NCBI RefSeq assembly: GCF_009834535.1
Contig: NC_045697.1
Span: forward strand, 57,228,001-57,292,000
Direction: 5' to 3'
DNA from: Camelus ferus
Lineage: Eukaryota
DNA: 64,000 bases
Position 1 is the stretch's first letter, and the number at the start of each line of letters is the position of its first letter. The translations under genes and the position numbers were made by a program. Below the pieces are notes generated by a model. It saw only the letters and a list, made by a program, of their open reading frames with translations. It had not been told where the DNA came from and made no database searches. This document shows positions 38,750 to 52,479 of this stretch, piece by piece.

Positions 38750-39102
38750 TGTATCTTACTTCAGGATGCTATAACTGTATGTCTTAAACAACAGAAATAT
38801 ATTTTCTCACAGTTCTGGAGGCTGTAAAGTCCAAGATCTAGGTTATAGCCTATTTGGTTTCTGATGAGGACTCTCTTCCTTGGTTGTAGACAGCTGCCTT
38901 CAAGCTGTGTCCCCACACAGCAGAGAGAGAATGAGCAAGTTCTCTGGTATATCTTCTTATAAGGACATAATCCTATTGGATCAGGGGCCTACCTTTATGT
39001 CTTCATTTATCCTTAATTATTTCCTAACTCCAAATATAGTCACATTGGAGGTTAAGGCACAACATGTGAATTTGGGAGGACATGTGTATTTATTCCATTA
39101 TA
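38750..39102 (-). mobile_element. MLT1A-like MaLR LTR inserted in a minus-strand MIR (MIR pieces at ~38640-38749 and ~39250-39320)
   Basis: cttaaacaacagaaat..tctcacagttctggaggctg..aagtccaagatc..tgaatttgggaggaca. Confidence 0.85.
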
Positions 39103-40099
39103 GTATATATCCTTCCTTTTTCTTTTTTCCTTTCTTGTTTCCTTTCTTCTTTCTCTCTTTCCTTTCACACTTCCTTACTTTTTTAATCTCTTTCTGCTAT
39201 TAGTATTTTGTTCTTTATTTATTTATTTTTAAAACATTTCATCTAAAATAGTGTATTGAGATAGTAGTGACTTAGTCAAGATCACACAGCTAATTAAACC
39301 CAGTCATTTTGACTCTTGATTTTTTTTTTATTATTTTACTAACATCCACCTTTATGAACACCACAATATTTTGTTTTCCCTTTTTTAGTGTTCACAGTGT
39401 TTATATAATGAATTCTACTTAGTGTATACTTGTTTTTGTTATGGGGTAAAGCTCATTTATAGTCTGCTTTTAAGTTAGGGAAATGGGGAGACTATTTCGT
39501 ATTTAGATATTTCTTATTACTTACGATATATGCTATTAGAAAATATTTCTGTAGATTTAAAGCAGCATAATTAAAACAGTTCCTCTTCTGTCACAAAAAA
39601 ATGACTTAAAAGTAAATATAGTCTACATAAAACTCATTCATTTAATTTTATTAAGAAAATCCCAATCCACTCAATTTTTATTACTTTATGACTTCATCAT
39701 CTGTTAGGTATTTCTTGTTTCATTTATTACCATCAAAATGCTGCCAGTCAAAATATAAGTACATTATTTTCTAATTTAAAATTGTATTTATAATTACTGT
39801 GAGAGTTGTGTTAGCTTAACACATGAAACTTTTTGCATATATCATTCTTGTGCAATGATTAAAAAATTAGGCTAAATAAATTGCTTAAGATATTCCTCAA
39901 ATTTCAATGAGTTCAACTCTTCTGAATAATTTCTCACATATAGTTTACAATGTATTTGTTTTTCCAAAGATATCATATCATCCTCTGTATCATTGTGTAT
40001 CAGTGATGCATTATTTCATAACAGAGTGCTCTGATATTGTGTCCAAGTTATTTTTCAAGGTGGAGGACACACATTATGCACATGTCTGAATGTTAAATG

Positions 40100-40556
40100 A
40101 AATATTCATTTACTCGGTGAAAGAAACCCGTCTGAAAAGGCACATACTATATGATTGCAACTAATACCATTCTGTAAAAGGCAAAACTATGGAGACAACG
40201 TAAAGATCAATGGTTGTCAGGGGAGTGAGACAGGGAATGGGATGAATAGGCAGAGCACAGAGGATTTTTAAGGTAGTAAAAATATTGTTATGATATTATA
40301 ATGAATATAAGTTTTTCCAAACACATAAAATGTACAACGCCAAGTGTGATCCTAAAATAAACTAAGGACTTTGGGTGATTATGATGAGTCAACGTAGGTT
40401 CATCCTTGGTAAAAATATTATGTACCATTTTGGTGAGTGATGCTGACAATGGGGGAGGCTATGCATGTGTAATGGCAGATGGTGTTTAGGAACTCTTTTA
40501 CCTCTCTTTCAATTTTGTTGTAACCCTAAAACTGCTATAAAAATTGTCTTTAAAAA
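40100..40556 (+). mobile_element. L1MC1-like 3' UTR followed by a purine-rich (GAAA/GAAG) tail expansion to ~40655
   Basis: gaaaaggcacatactatatgatt..ggactttgggtgattatgatg..taaaactgctataaaa. Confidence 0.85.
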
Positions 40557-40656
40557 AGAAAGAGGAAGGAAGGAAAGAAGGAAGGAGAAAGAAGAGAGAA
40601 AGAGAGAACGAATGAACAAACGAAAGAAAGAACGAACAAACGAAGAAGAAAGAAAA

Positions 40657-40918
40657 ACACTCTTCCTTTCTGCCTGGCTGTCTTTGCGCTGAGACATCAG
40701 TTTTCTCCTGCTTTGTATTTGGAATTAGACTAGAGCTTACCATTGGCTCTCCTGGGTCTACAGCTTGTTGACTACATGTTTTGGAATTCTTAGCCTCCAT
40801 AATTGCAGGGCTAATTCATAGTAAATCAGCCCATCTCTCTCTACGTCTGTCTGTCTGTCTGTCTCTCTCTATATACATCCTCTTGGTTCTGTTTCTCTGA
40901 AGAATCCACACTAGTACA
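40657..40918 (+). mobile_element. MLT2 LTR, 3' half
   Basis: gctgagacatcagttttctcctgc..ggttctgtttctctgaagaatcc..taca. Confidence 0.85.
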
Positions 40919-40929
40919 GATAGTGCAGA

Positions 40930-43900
40930 AAAGTGAAGTGGTGAAGTGGCAATGAATTTTAGGTGCCCTCCTCAACATAAAAAGATACTCCCTTTCTTAT
41001 AACAAGAAAAAAAAAGCTGGAAAAAATTGAGAATCAACATTTCTTTTTGTACCCACCAGAGAATTGAGGTTTTAGGGCAAGTTAGGAGAAACAGATGAAT
41101 GCAAGAAATACAAATGAGATCAGTTTACAAGAAACAGAAAATGCTAGAGCCATAAACTGGTAGGAATATGCAAATGGTAATACTGGAGGTTTAAAGTCGA
41201 CTATCATGAGAGAGAAATTCTTAGGTACTGCAGTCATACAGAATTGTCCACATTTTCTTGGGCTTTACTCTTAGGAATCCAATTAGGTTCCCATGATGAA
41301 AAGGCAGAAAGAGTTATCTCAAGTCTTTGGCAGGGAGAAGGGAAAGTAACTTAATCTGAAACATGTCCATTGCATTTTATGTAACGAAGGCCTACTCTGC
41401 AGTGAAAAAGACTTTACTACAGCTTTGTCTTACATAGTTAGTGGGCAATTACACAATTCTAAATTTCTAGCTTTCCTGTCTCATGCAAGGGGGCAAGAGC
41501 AGTTCAGACAGGAATGCTCTTATGGGAATGCTACAAGATCAGAAATACTTGTGAAAGCCCAGAAACACAGGCCCACTAAAAGACTGACACTTAATCGTAA
41601 GATTATAGAATGTTTCCCCTTCTCCACTCCTTACCACTATATCAACAGGGCACCAGTACAACAGCAGAGGATCAACTGAAAGAGCTATAAGCTCAGGCTC
41701 TGTTTAAGGAGCCTTTCAGGAAAGCCGGAGCTAATAGAGAAGACAAAAATAAGGACACCAGAGGAATTTGAGGCCCTGGTTATCTACAGCTATAGTAAAC
41801 ATGAAACACAGCCCAACTCCTACGGGATTAACATAAAACCTCACATTAAATACAAGTTTACCTCAGCTCCTATTACGTTTCATATCATGTCTGGCTTTCA
41901 ATAATTTAAAAAAAAAAAAAAAAAGTCATGTTGAGAGTCAAGAAAAAGCCTGAAGAGACAAAGCAAGCATCAGAATCAAAGTCAGATGTGACACACATTT
42001 TCGAATTATTGGAGAGAGGATTCCAATAACTATGACTGATAATTTAAGGACTCTAATGCAAAAGTTAGAAAAACATGTAAGGACAAATGAGAAATTTAAG
42101 CAGAAAAATGGATATAAGAAAGAATCAAAAGGAAATTTTGGAAATTAAATATACTGTAATATAAAGAATTCTTTTGGTGGGCTCTTCAATAAATAGGATA
42201 TACTCAAGGAAAGAAGCAATGAGCTTGAAAATATGTCAATAGAAAATTACAAACTGAAATATTAAGAGAGAAAGAACAAAAATAACAACTAGGAACTAGA
42301 ACTATGGTACAATTTTTACAAATGTTCGGTGGGCGTAATTGAAATACTGCAAGGAGAAGAAAATGATGATGAAGAAGAAGAAATAGATGAAGCAATAATA
42401 TACAAAAAAATGAAAATTAATCTCCAACCCCAAAGCACAGATCTGGAAGTCTAAGGAACACCAAGCATAATAAATACATATTTTTAAAAACCTACATTTA
42501 AATATATTCTATTTAAGCTTCAGCAAGCTAAAACAAAGGGAAAACTTGAAGCAAATGGGGAGTGAGTGGAATGAAACTTTGTCTATAGTGGTAAAATAAT
42601 AAAAATTATAATGAAATACTTGTCAGAGTCCAGCCATGCAAAAGAGAGTGAAATGAAATAATTAAGAGAATATTTAAAGAAAAACAACTCAGAATTCTAT
42701 ATCCAGGGAAATTATCCTTCAAAAGTAAGGAGAAATATATACTTTTTTAGACAAAAAAAAATCTGAGGAAATTCATCACCTGTCATGCAGGAAATGTTAA
42801 AGGATTTTCTTCAATGAGAAGAAGTAATAGTAAAATTCAGAAAATTTGATCTATATAAAAAATGGGAAAGTTGCATAAGAATAAATACAGAAAATACAAA
42901 TTGATTTTCTTGTTCTTAATTTGTCTAATAGGTAAAGGTTTGTTCACAGTAAAAGTGGTAACAATGTGTTGCATGAATATAGCATATAGATAACTGAAAT
43001 AAATGAAAGTATTTTTTTAAGGTCCAAAAGAGAAGAATAGGTACTAACTACCTGTACTACACTTGAAGTGGTATAGTGTTATTTGAAAATAGACTTAGAT
43101 TAGCTATAAATGTATACTGCAAACTCTAGGGCAAAGATTTTAAAAATTAGATAGAATATAATCAATATACATAGAAGAGATACAAATCAATCATATAAAT
43201 TGCACAGTTAGACCCCCAAAAAGCCAAAGATACGAAGAAAATAAAAGAAGAGAAAAGAAGTGCAGTCAATAGAAAATGGTACAAAATCATAGATAGTAAT
43301 ACAACCGTATCAATAATCACTTTGAATATGAATGATCTAAATACATTAATTAAAAGACAAGAGTTTTTTTTAAATGTTTGAAAATACAAAACCCAACTAT
43401 ATTTTGTCTACAAGAAACCCTCTTTATAAAGACACCGAATGGTTAATAGTAAAGCGGCAGACAGTTATACCATGCTAATCAAAAGAAATCTGGAGTAGCT
43501 GTATTAATTTCAGAGATAGCAAAATTCAGAACAAGAAACCTTGCCAGAGATAAAGATGAGCATTATGTGAAGATCTTCATGTAACAGATTTTTATGGAGA
43601 CTACAATAAGACTTAACAATCTTTAACGTGTGTCCCACTAACAAAAAAGTATCAAAATACATGCATCAAAAACAAAGGAGATATATACAAATCTACTATT
43701 ATTACACACAAACTTCTCTTTAGTAAATAATAGGTCAAAAAGGCAGAAAATCTGTAAATATATAGTTTATTTGAAAAGCATTACGAATCAATTTGATTTT
43801 ATCGGCATATAGAATACTCTTCAGAAACAGCAAAATACACATTCCTCTCAAGATAACATGACAGTCACAAAAATAAACCAAATTCTGAACCATAAAATAC

Positions 43901-44420
43901 ACATTAACAAATTTGTAAAGAAATAGAGGTTATGCAAAAAAGTTCTCAGGGTACAATTGAATTAAACTGGAAATTAAGGACAGAAGGGTATCTGGAAAAT
44001 CCCAAATATTTAAAGATTAAACAACACACCTCTATATAACACATAGGCCAAAGAAGAAGGCTCAAGAGAAATTTAAAATATATATATTTTAAACTAAGTG
44101 AAAATGAAAATACCACTTAAAAAGTGTTTAGAGAGAAATTTGTAGAATTAATGCATATATTAGAAAAGAAGAAAAATCTAAAATCAACAATCTAGCCATC
44201 TACCTTAGGAAACTAGAAAAAGAAGTACAATTTAAGACTAAAGCAAGCAGAAGAAAAAGGAAATAACAAAAACCAGAGAGGAAATCAAGGAAATTAAAAA
44301 CAGAAAATCAGTAAATCCAAAACTAGTTCTTTGAAAAGATTACTAAAATAGAGGAATCTCTAGCTAGGATAACAGAAATAAAAGACAGAAGTCACACATT
44401 ACTAATGTCAGTGATGAAAT
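40930..44420 (+). mobile_element. Old L1M (L1MC/MD-like) 5' UTR, ORF1, spacer and ORF2 endonuclease region
   Basis: ORF1 RILYPGKLSFK at ~42690; ORF2 SIITLNMNDLNTLIKR at ~43310; KSKTSSLKR (KSWFFEK consensus) at ~44315. Confidence 0.88.
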
Positions 44421-45360
44421 GAGCACACTAACTCCTAAGCCTTCATTTCTAATATAATTTCCCAATAAAAGGAAACAACTTTTTATTTTGAAGTTGATGA
44501 TTTTAGGATTGTGGCAGGAAATATACAATATGAGTCCGGAGCATTTTGTAGGCCAGAAAATAAGGAAGTGGTCAAAAACCAAATGTACAAAACCTACACT
44601 GAGGGCATATGTCAAAGAGACAGAAGAGTAAATTAAGGCATTCCCAATGGCCAAAGCTGAACAATGTTAGAGACAAAATTAAAGGAATAGTATTGGATTA
44701 TGACCCAAAGTGTAAAAGAAATATCCAGGAGTCCATGTTGATATATATTAATGATTTAATAAATGAATAATTGAGGGAGAAGAAACAAATCTCCCTTGCA
44801 GGAGAATTTCAAATAATTTGTGTAGATACTCCACCATCACAAAAGGGAATCATTAATCCCTACTCCTTACATGTGGACTGGGGTAGATTAACTTCATAGT
44901 GGAGAAACCTGATAAACACTGTCTCAGTCAAGCGATCAAAGTCAATGTCCATAATGACTAGTCATGTTTGTAGTATGTACCCTTGATATAATGTGATGAG
45001 AATGACACTTGGCCTTTGTGGTTTCACTTTGAAAAATTTACAGCCTCAGTCTAATCATGAGAAATACTAGACAAATTTCAATAGAGGGCCATTCTCCAAT
45101 ACATTCTCCAAATACTAGTCAAGAGCATCAAAATTGACAAGGTTAACAAAAACAAGGAAAGTCTTAGAAACTGTCATTGCCAAGAGAAGCCTGAGGAAAC
45201 AGTAATTAAATGCAGTGTGATATCCATGATGAAATCCTGGAACAGAAAAAGACAGGTGAAAAAAAGAAAAATTGAGCAAACCTGAATAAAGTACGGGCTT
45301 TAGCTAATAATGTATAAATATTATTTCATTAATTTAAAAATGAGCCACACTAATATGTTT
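44421..45360 (+). mobile_element. L1MC3/4-like long 3' UTR
   Basis: tttcccaataaaagga..gtggagaaacctga..atcctggaacagaaaaagaca..tgaataaagt. Confidence 0.75.
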
Positions 45361-45389
45361 AGTGTTTAGAATATAAGTAAGAAAGAGCT

Positions 45390-45700
45390 GATCTGGAGAA
45401 GTCAGACTAGACATTCCCGAGGAAATAAAATATAAACTGAATTCTGAAAGTTGAGCAGAATTTACTTAGCCATGGGAAAGGGCAGAAGAAAAAGGCACTG
45501 TGACAAATCATTGACAGGAAGGAGATAGTATTTTTGAAAAACTAGAAAAACAATTGTCCTGGTGTACAAAGATTAAGGGATATGCTGATGTAAGATAAAG
45601 TAGGGAGGTGGAAAATTGCAGCAACTTTGTAGAGCATGTAAATGATTTTACTTTTAATATAAGAGTAACACAGAGTCAAAGAAGAGTTAAACAGGGTTAT
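45390..45700 (-). mobile_element. L2 fragment
   Basis: aaactgaattctgaaagttgag..agcatgtaaatgattttacttt. Confidence 0.55.
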
Positions 45701-46399
45701 GTCCCTGTTCAGCTTGATTCAGGAGCTCATACACAAAGATGAAAGTTCAAGGTTTGCCAATAAAATTTCTTAAAGTGAGAACACACAGGAGAATCTCATT
45801 TATAAATTTAGAGACATCTCAACATAATTGTTACCATAAATTCATTCTTAGGAAAAATAAATGGTTACCAACTGATCTTATTTGGTATACTGTTTTTCCT
45901 AACAAAATGTTCTAATAACATTTTAGATCCCCTTTTTAACATCAGGTTTGATTTTTTTTCAGAATGTCAATATTAGCAAAATATTTAATAGTTTAATTTT
46001 CAACGAGCTATTTAAATTATTCTCCTCTTATGTATCCATGAAGACATACTTATAGAACTTTAGGACTGGAGATAGTGAAACTGAGGTATAATTTTTGGTT
46101 GGTGACATTTGAGAAGGAAGATTCAGTTGAATAATGGAACTAAAAGGAAGATGACTGATAGTTAAGGGGTTAGAGAGGCAGGCTGTGTTAGGAACTAGTG
46201 AACAGGCTCTTCGTCAGAGACATCTAGTAATGAAAGAAAAGAGGGCACTAAGTAAGTTGCTTGGTGAAGAATGAGATCAATGAACTGGAGTTTGCATAAG
46301 AGGGGCAGTCACATGTGAAATGATGTATTTGCCTGAAGGAATGACATATAATCGTTTTAATCGAAAGATTAATGTCTGTGCCTTTGTTTTGTGCTGGTC

Positions 46400-46640
46400 T
46401 CAACATATCCATAGCCAGTGTTGTGTGTGGACTGGCCCTTGTGGGCCTTGTTATGATTGCAAGACACCCTTTAGCAGTAACCATTATGGAACTTTGAAAA
46501 AATAAAAATCTATTACCAACAGGACCTGGAAATTACATAGCACACCTAGGGCCACACAGCAAGATCTGGGGCGGGGGGTTGGAGAGAGAAACAGAGAGAG
46601 AAGAGACTGAGACTATCTTGGTCTTTCTCTTTTATGAACA
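46400..46640 (-). mobile_element. Probable old LTR fragment
   Basis: tattaccaacaggacctgga..gcacacctagggccacacagcaag; family uncertain. Confidence 0.4.
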
Positions 46641-49089
46641 TGGGTCTCATTTGCCAGGTGACCACTGCAACCTCTGATTGATATTCCAGCTTTCTAGCTC
46701 CTATCTGTGAATAGAGAGAATCACCAGCCTCTCCTCTTGTGACTTCCTCTTCCTTTTCTTCCCTTGCCTTTTCAGAATCTCTGTATTCCATCTATTTACT
46801 GTGTTCCTGAAACTTGATGCAACCTCATTTTCATTGCTAGATCTCCTCTAATTTTTTTTTTTTTTTTGTAGAGGGAAGCATTTTCTTTTATACCTCTACA
46901 TAAACTTGCAGGGGCTTGAGTGGATAGAGCTATGCCAGGAGTTCAGCTTGAGATCACATACTTCAACATATTTTTCATGTTCCAAGATTTCAGTTTGAAG
47001 TCATATACTGTTTCAGAAGTTTGATGACTGAGAAAGAAAAGTTTGTATAATGTTCTGTAATGTGGTTAACTATTTATATGGAGGTTCGACATGACCTGAA
47101 AGAAGAACTATTTTTAATCATTGTCATCATGCTCCATTTTTAAAATAAAAGAAAATTGATATGCCAATTATTAATTTAAAGACTCAGCCTAACAAATTAT
47201 GCTTTAAAATGAGTTATTTCAAATTCAGGAGAGGTGGCTCTCCATAGGCTATATTAACTATCACCTGAGACAATTTTCTTAATGTGCATTTAAAGAAAGT
47301 GAACCACTGAGAGCTTGTTTCACTTGTCCAAGGACAACTGGATATTTCCCTGCAGAGCTAGATCTAGAATAGAATTACCAAAAGTTGCACTACAAAGTTG
47401 GGTGTTGTGGGTGTTGTTTTTTTTACATTGTAATGTATTATTCATTTCAAGATATTGGGTAAAGTCTGCAATATTTCAGATCATACCACCAGTGGCCAGG
47501 TTGTATCCTTTTGAAAGTCTGTTTATTAGAAAATGAGCTCTGTTTGTTTCTTTAGATCATGGGTGTGTTGTACTGCAGAACATGTCATTTAAATGAAAAA
47601 AAAACAAACAAACCAGCATCATTGATTCAATACCATATGGTCACAAGAAAATAAACAGCTAAGAAGAGGCAACTTAACCAAAGGCAAGATACATAACACT
47701 TCTAAAATGTGTCTTTATTGGAACCAGAAGCATTAAATATATTTTAGTATCTTCTGATAAAATGTAAAAGTCATATCGAATGACATATCAAGTTACCCCT
47801 GCTTTTCTGATGCATCACTATTAGAAATATGCCATGGTATCCATGAGAAGCATGAAACATAACTAGCAAAGAAGAGAAATTTGAGTTATTGAACTGTTCA
47901 GGAAATTAACTTTAACATAAGTTATTAGAGAGTGGATGTACAAGCTATAGTATTGACTAACTACGTTTGATTCACATAATATCAAACCTTCCGAGAAAGC
48001 ACTGATTATAAAAGAATAGCTAAAGAGGTTTACTTTGTGTTGGGATCAGTTTGCAGTAAATCACAGTCCACTGTAGCTATCTGAAATCATACCTGAACTC
48101 AAGTATTTGTGTGAGTTGCTACTTAACATGTGTTCGTTCACTGGGGCAACTGATAGTACCTCTTAAAAAGTTATTTATTTTAGACATTGTCATCTTTAAT
48201 AAAAAGTTACTTCCTGGAAAGGCAGTGTGGAACTAAACTGGTTCCTACAGAGGTAAGTAAATGATGATTAGAGCACCAGGTAGTATCTTTGTCATTGTAA
48301 AACACTACTGATATAGATATACAAAGAAATGAAGTCAATTGAATAACAATCATAAGCATGGAAAAGAGCAACAACCAAAACAAAGGAAAAGGAAGAAGGA
48401 GGAGGAGAAGGAGAATCTACCACTGCCACTGTTAGGCAGTTAGATGGAAATGAGTACCAGGCAAGGGGAGGGGAAGGAGAAAGAAGCAACCCAGAAAATA
48501 ACAGTATGCCTGTGCTCAGGATAAGGGGCTCCAAAAACAAACATTTTTTTGTCTAGTTTGGTAGACAAACATATAAAACATGCATTTAAAAACAAAAGTA
48601 TGTGCAGGACCATATGAGTATAATAATGAAAAAATGTCTAATGATGAGGAATTTTCCAGATGAATAATGGTGGCATAATAGGATAGGGTGTGGTGGGAGT
48701 TTTACTTTTATTCATTTTTTTAGCCTGTATTTGGTTGTATAATTACTTTGAAAAATAAATGAGCTAAAGTTAGTAGAGCAATTAAAAGGAAGAGCACAGG
48801 GTATAGGATAGACTCCTCCTTTTCATCATTATCTTCCCTTGTTTCCTGAAGTGACGCTTGCATTTTTAACAGATATTTGTTATTAAAAATACATAGAACT
48901 TCAGGTAATTCTATCATGAATATTTCCAGCTTTTGAAGTTAGAGGCAAAAATGGAAAAAAAAAAAATGTTGAGTAAGCAACAGCTGGTTAAATCATGCAA
49001 AATAAATTGTGAAATCAAAGTACAACTATTAAAAATTTTATTTGGCTCTTAATAACATGGCTAGTTACTTGACTACAGATATTACTGAG

Positions 49090-50258
49090 TTCCTAACTTA
49101 CTAACAGAAGAGGCAAACATTGAGCCCTGATATATCACCATTCCCTAGAGAGACCAACCAGCCACTCAGTGGTAAGCTGTTGTTCTTACTGTAAACTCTA
49201 TTACTCAGAAGTAGCTGAATTTATGAAATAGCCTACAGATAACTCAAAACACATGTTTGGAAGCAAACTATGAAAGAACAAAATATCAGTTCACCAGTTG
49301 CAGTACTGAATCAGAGACCAATAAATAGTGTTGTTTTTTTCTATAGACAGAATACATGAGTTTGAGAATCATGGGATGGAGCTGGGAATGGCTCCTCTCA
49401 CTATCTTACCTGTGCAGGTTTACTCATTTGTAAAATTTTTGCTTTCCATATCTGCTACTTTGAGTTCTCCTTGCTGGAGGTCTTGTTGACCAAGAGAATA
49501 GTGTTTTCACAACAGTGATCATATTGAATTGTAAATGACATTTACACTTGGACATTTTAGGCTCTTCATGCCACTGAACCAAGAGGCAAAGAACGTTGTT
49601 TTCTATTGAATGGGATGATAGATTTTGATTAACAAGATGAAATTAGATTGCATACAAAAATAGTGACTGGGACAATGTCTACAATCCAAGGGTTTGAGAA
49701 GTGCCTTTTACTATTCCCGTATCTAGTAGCAAAGTTAACAGCAACCAAATCAAGAAATGTCAGAACTTCAGGTATGAAATTTTGGGCCACTCAGAAATCT
49801 AATACATACATACATGCATGTATGCATGAATGCATACATAAATACCTAAGCAAAACAAAACTCCTTAACCTGATGAGATCATGCCAGATTATGGTCAGAG
49901 GTAAAGGAAATGAGGAATGGAACAAAAAAGAAGAAAGTTAGGGATACTAGTTATGTGATAGTAACCTTGTGATCATCTATAGTAGTGAGGACAGTAGCAG
50001 TATGTGTATTGTCTTCCTTGATTTTTATGTGCTTGTATATATATATATATATATGTTTCAATTCAAATTTATATTGATATCTCATTATCTATCTATCCAT
50101 TCATCCATATTGAGATTTTGCATCTCCTCATTTTAGGGAGAGGGAAAGAGTATCTTCATTTGTAGAAAGGCAATTGCAAAGTAAGTTGGAAATGAAACTT
50201 CTTTGTTGTTTCTTGGAAATTTAAACATGGAAGAGTGTGTTTATATATTTTTTAACCA
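49090..50258 (+). mobile_element. Decayed ERVL internal 3' region: integrase pieces, dUTPase and 3' noncoding sequence
   Basis: TIP*RDQPATQW; LNQRPINSVV..RIHEFENHGMELGMAPLTI; LGHFRLFMPLNQEAK (dUTPase). Confidence 0.82.
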
Positions 50259-50882
50259 TGGAACTGAGCAGGACACTGCAAGGTCTTCCCAAGAACAGAC
50301 CCAACCCTCTGCTACCCCCTGCCCCACCATCTTCCCCAAGTTCCAAAGAGAAAAATTTAATCAAAGTGAAAAAATACAGAAACAAACAAAAAACAGTCAA
50401 TAAGACAAAATAATAATAGTTTAGTCAGAAATTAAAGTCCAGGACTTTACTTCCTCCTCAAGGGTTATAGATAATATTCTGAGCCATATCCTTGAGTTGA
50501 TTTGCAGATACTGAAACCCCCACCAGTGGAAAAAGTTAACCACGTGCTGACCACAAGCACATAGACTCCAGACTGGTTGGAACCAGAAGGTTGATGATGT
50601 CAACTCCTGAAACACCACAATATTACCTCACCAACAAATCAGAAGGATGTACACAAGCTGATTAAGCACCCTGCAACCCTCTCCTTAATCTTGCCTTTAA
50701 AAACTGTTCCCTGAAAGCCATCATGGAGTTCAGGTTTTTGAACATGAACTGTCCCTTCTCCTTACTTGGCCTTACATTAAACACTTTGCAGTAAACACTG
50801 TACTTTTCCATAATACAACCTGGTGACAATAAATTGGTTTTACTGCACTTGGGCAAGCAGACCCAAGTTTGGTTAGGTAACA
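50259..50882 (+). mobile_element. ERV1-class solo LTR (624 bp)
   Basis: tggaactgagcaggac..ggtaaca; flanks acca/gcca; AATAAA at 50828-50833. Confidence 0.88.
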
Positions 50883-50894
50883 GCCAAAGGGTGC

Positions 50895-51570
50895 TAGTCA
50901 TGCCTTTAAGCTTTAAACTAACCCTTCTATACTAAGCTTTTAAGTGAACATTGGTGCTAGAAACCACATTTCAACTTTGCCAGCCAATCTGTGTTGGGCT
51001 TGGTCAACAGACTGTGGCAGAGACTAAAAGTACTTCCTTCTTTCAGTCTGTTTCCTGTAGGGTTTCCTATTTGTTTGTGGGTGAGCATCACCCCAGCAGC
51101 ACTTCTTCACTCTACCATCAGAAGTCCCTTCACGTTGTAGTATTTGAATCCGGTTTGCAGTTTACACAACATTTGAAAAGTTAGTTTCACTCTGCTTTCC
51201 TTCACCTCTAAACACCTTATCGTCCAACCAGTGACCTGCTACAGGGCTCCTTTTCAGAAGTCAGAGATGTTAGTACCAGTTGAGCTGTGCTCCTTCTTCA
51301 GAGATCTGCCTTTAGGTTCCACAGGGCCTCTCTTCTAACTCTCTACATTTTAATAATTATAGCCTCTTCTTTTTGTTCCTTCAGTAGTAGGGGTAGTAGC
51401 CGCTTCCTGCAGATATTACTCTAGTGATAGACTTTAAAGTACTCTTTTTACACTTTAAATTTCTTATTTAAGAAATTTAAAACTAGTTTACAATTCTTTA
51501 TATTACAATTTCTCCAATCAAATATTTGTTGTGTTTTATTTTACCTTAGTGGACTCTGAATGCTATAGCC
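50895..51570 (+). mobile_element. ERVL 3' LTR (LTR41-like)
   Basis: Follows PPT-like gccaaagggtg; acccttctatact..aaaccacatttc..ttgccagc; ends tggactctgaatgctata. Confidence 0.7.
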
Positions 51571-52479
51571 TGTTATAGTGAAACATGAAATTGACAGTCT
51601 CAACTTTCTATTAACATAGTCTTGGTCTCAGATATAGCAGAATAGCATAGATAATTCTGTCTTTTAGACTATTTAATCTTTTGCAGAAGAGCACCATGGA
51701 GACAAACTCATGATGTTTTTAATAGTTACTTAACTCTCCTCTGACACTTCCTATTTTCAACAAGATGGTTGGCCATCATAAAATCTTATTATGAACCCTA
51801 GAGATTTTGGATAAAATATTTTTTTAATTTTAAGTAGATATTTAAGAGTACTAGAATAAACTAGGATATATATTTGTTATATATATAAATTTATGACATA
51901 TATTTCATCAGATTTTTGATCATCACTTTTGATTATGTTTACTCAGATTGTTTCATTGGACATCTCCTACCTTGAGTTATAATTTCGAATAAATTCCTCC
52001 ATGTAAATACTGGTAAACTTATATAATTAAGGGGAAATGCACTAGTAGTTATCTTACAAAGTATCATATTGATAAGGATATAGATGAATTCCTGTAGACA
52101 CATATCTTTGTGAATGTCCAATCTTGAAATAGAAGTCAGATGAGGAAACTTAATCTACATTTTAGGTTCAGAACATAAATTCTAAAGGAAGTACAAAGTG
52201 ATTCTGAGATAGGGTTGTATCCTGCATAAGTATCAGAAAATCTTATTTTGAGGATGGCTTCCCTACTTTGCAAAATTGTCATAGAGAACACTAAATAAAG
52301 GAAGAATCAAGAGAAGGCATTAGAAAGCAAAACAACATAATTGAAAAAATGTAGAAATAAAAATGAATTTAGATGTACAAATGACATTAATTTTTGGAGT
52401 TATTAGCTATATAATGTAGAATAAAAATTTCTAAAAATACTGATTAGGAAGTGCCAGTTATTTTTTCTTTAAAGATTCG

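Noticed and set aside
49809..49824. 16-bp palindrome catacatgcatgtatg
   Set aside because: Arises within a low-complexity (CATA/CATG) tract.
50990..51030. CTCF site expected in LTR41-like elements
   Set aside because: The corresponding sequence (ggtcaacagactgtggcag) lacks the AGGGGGCGC-type core.
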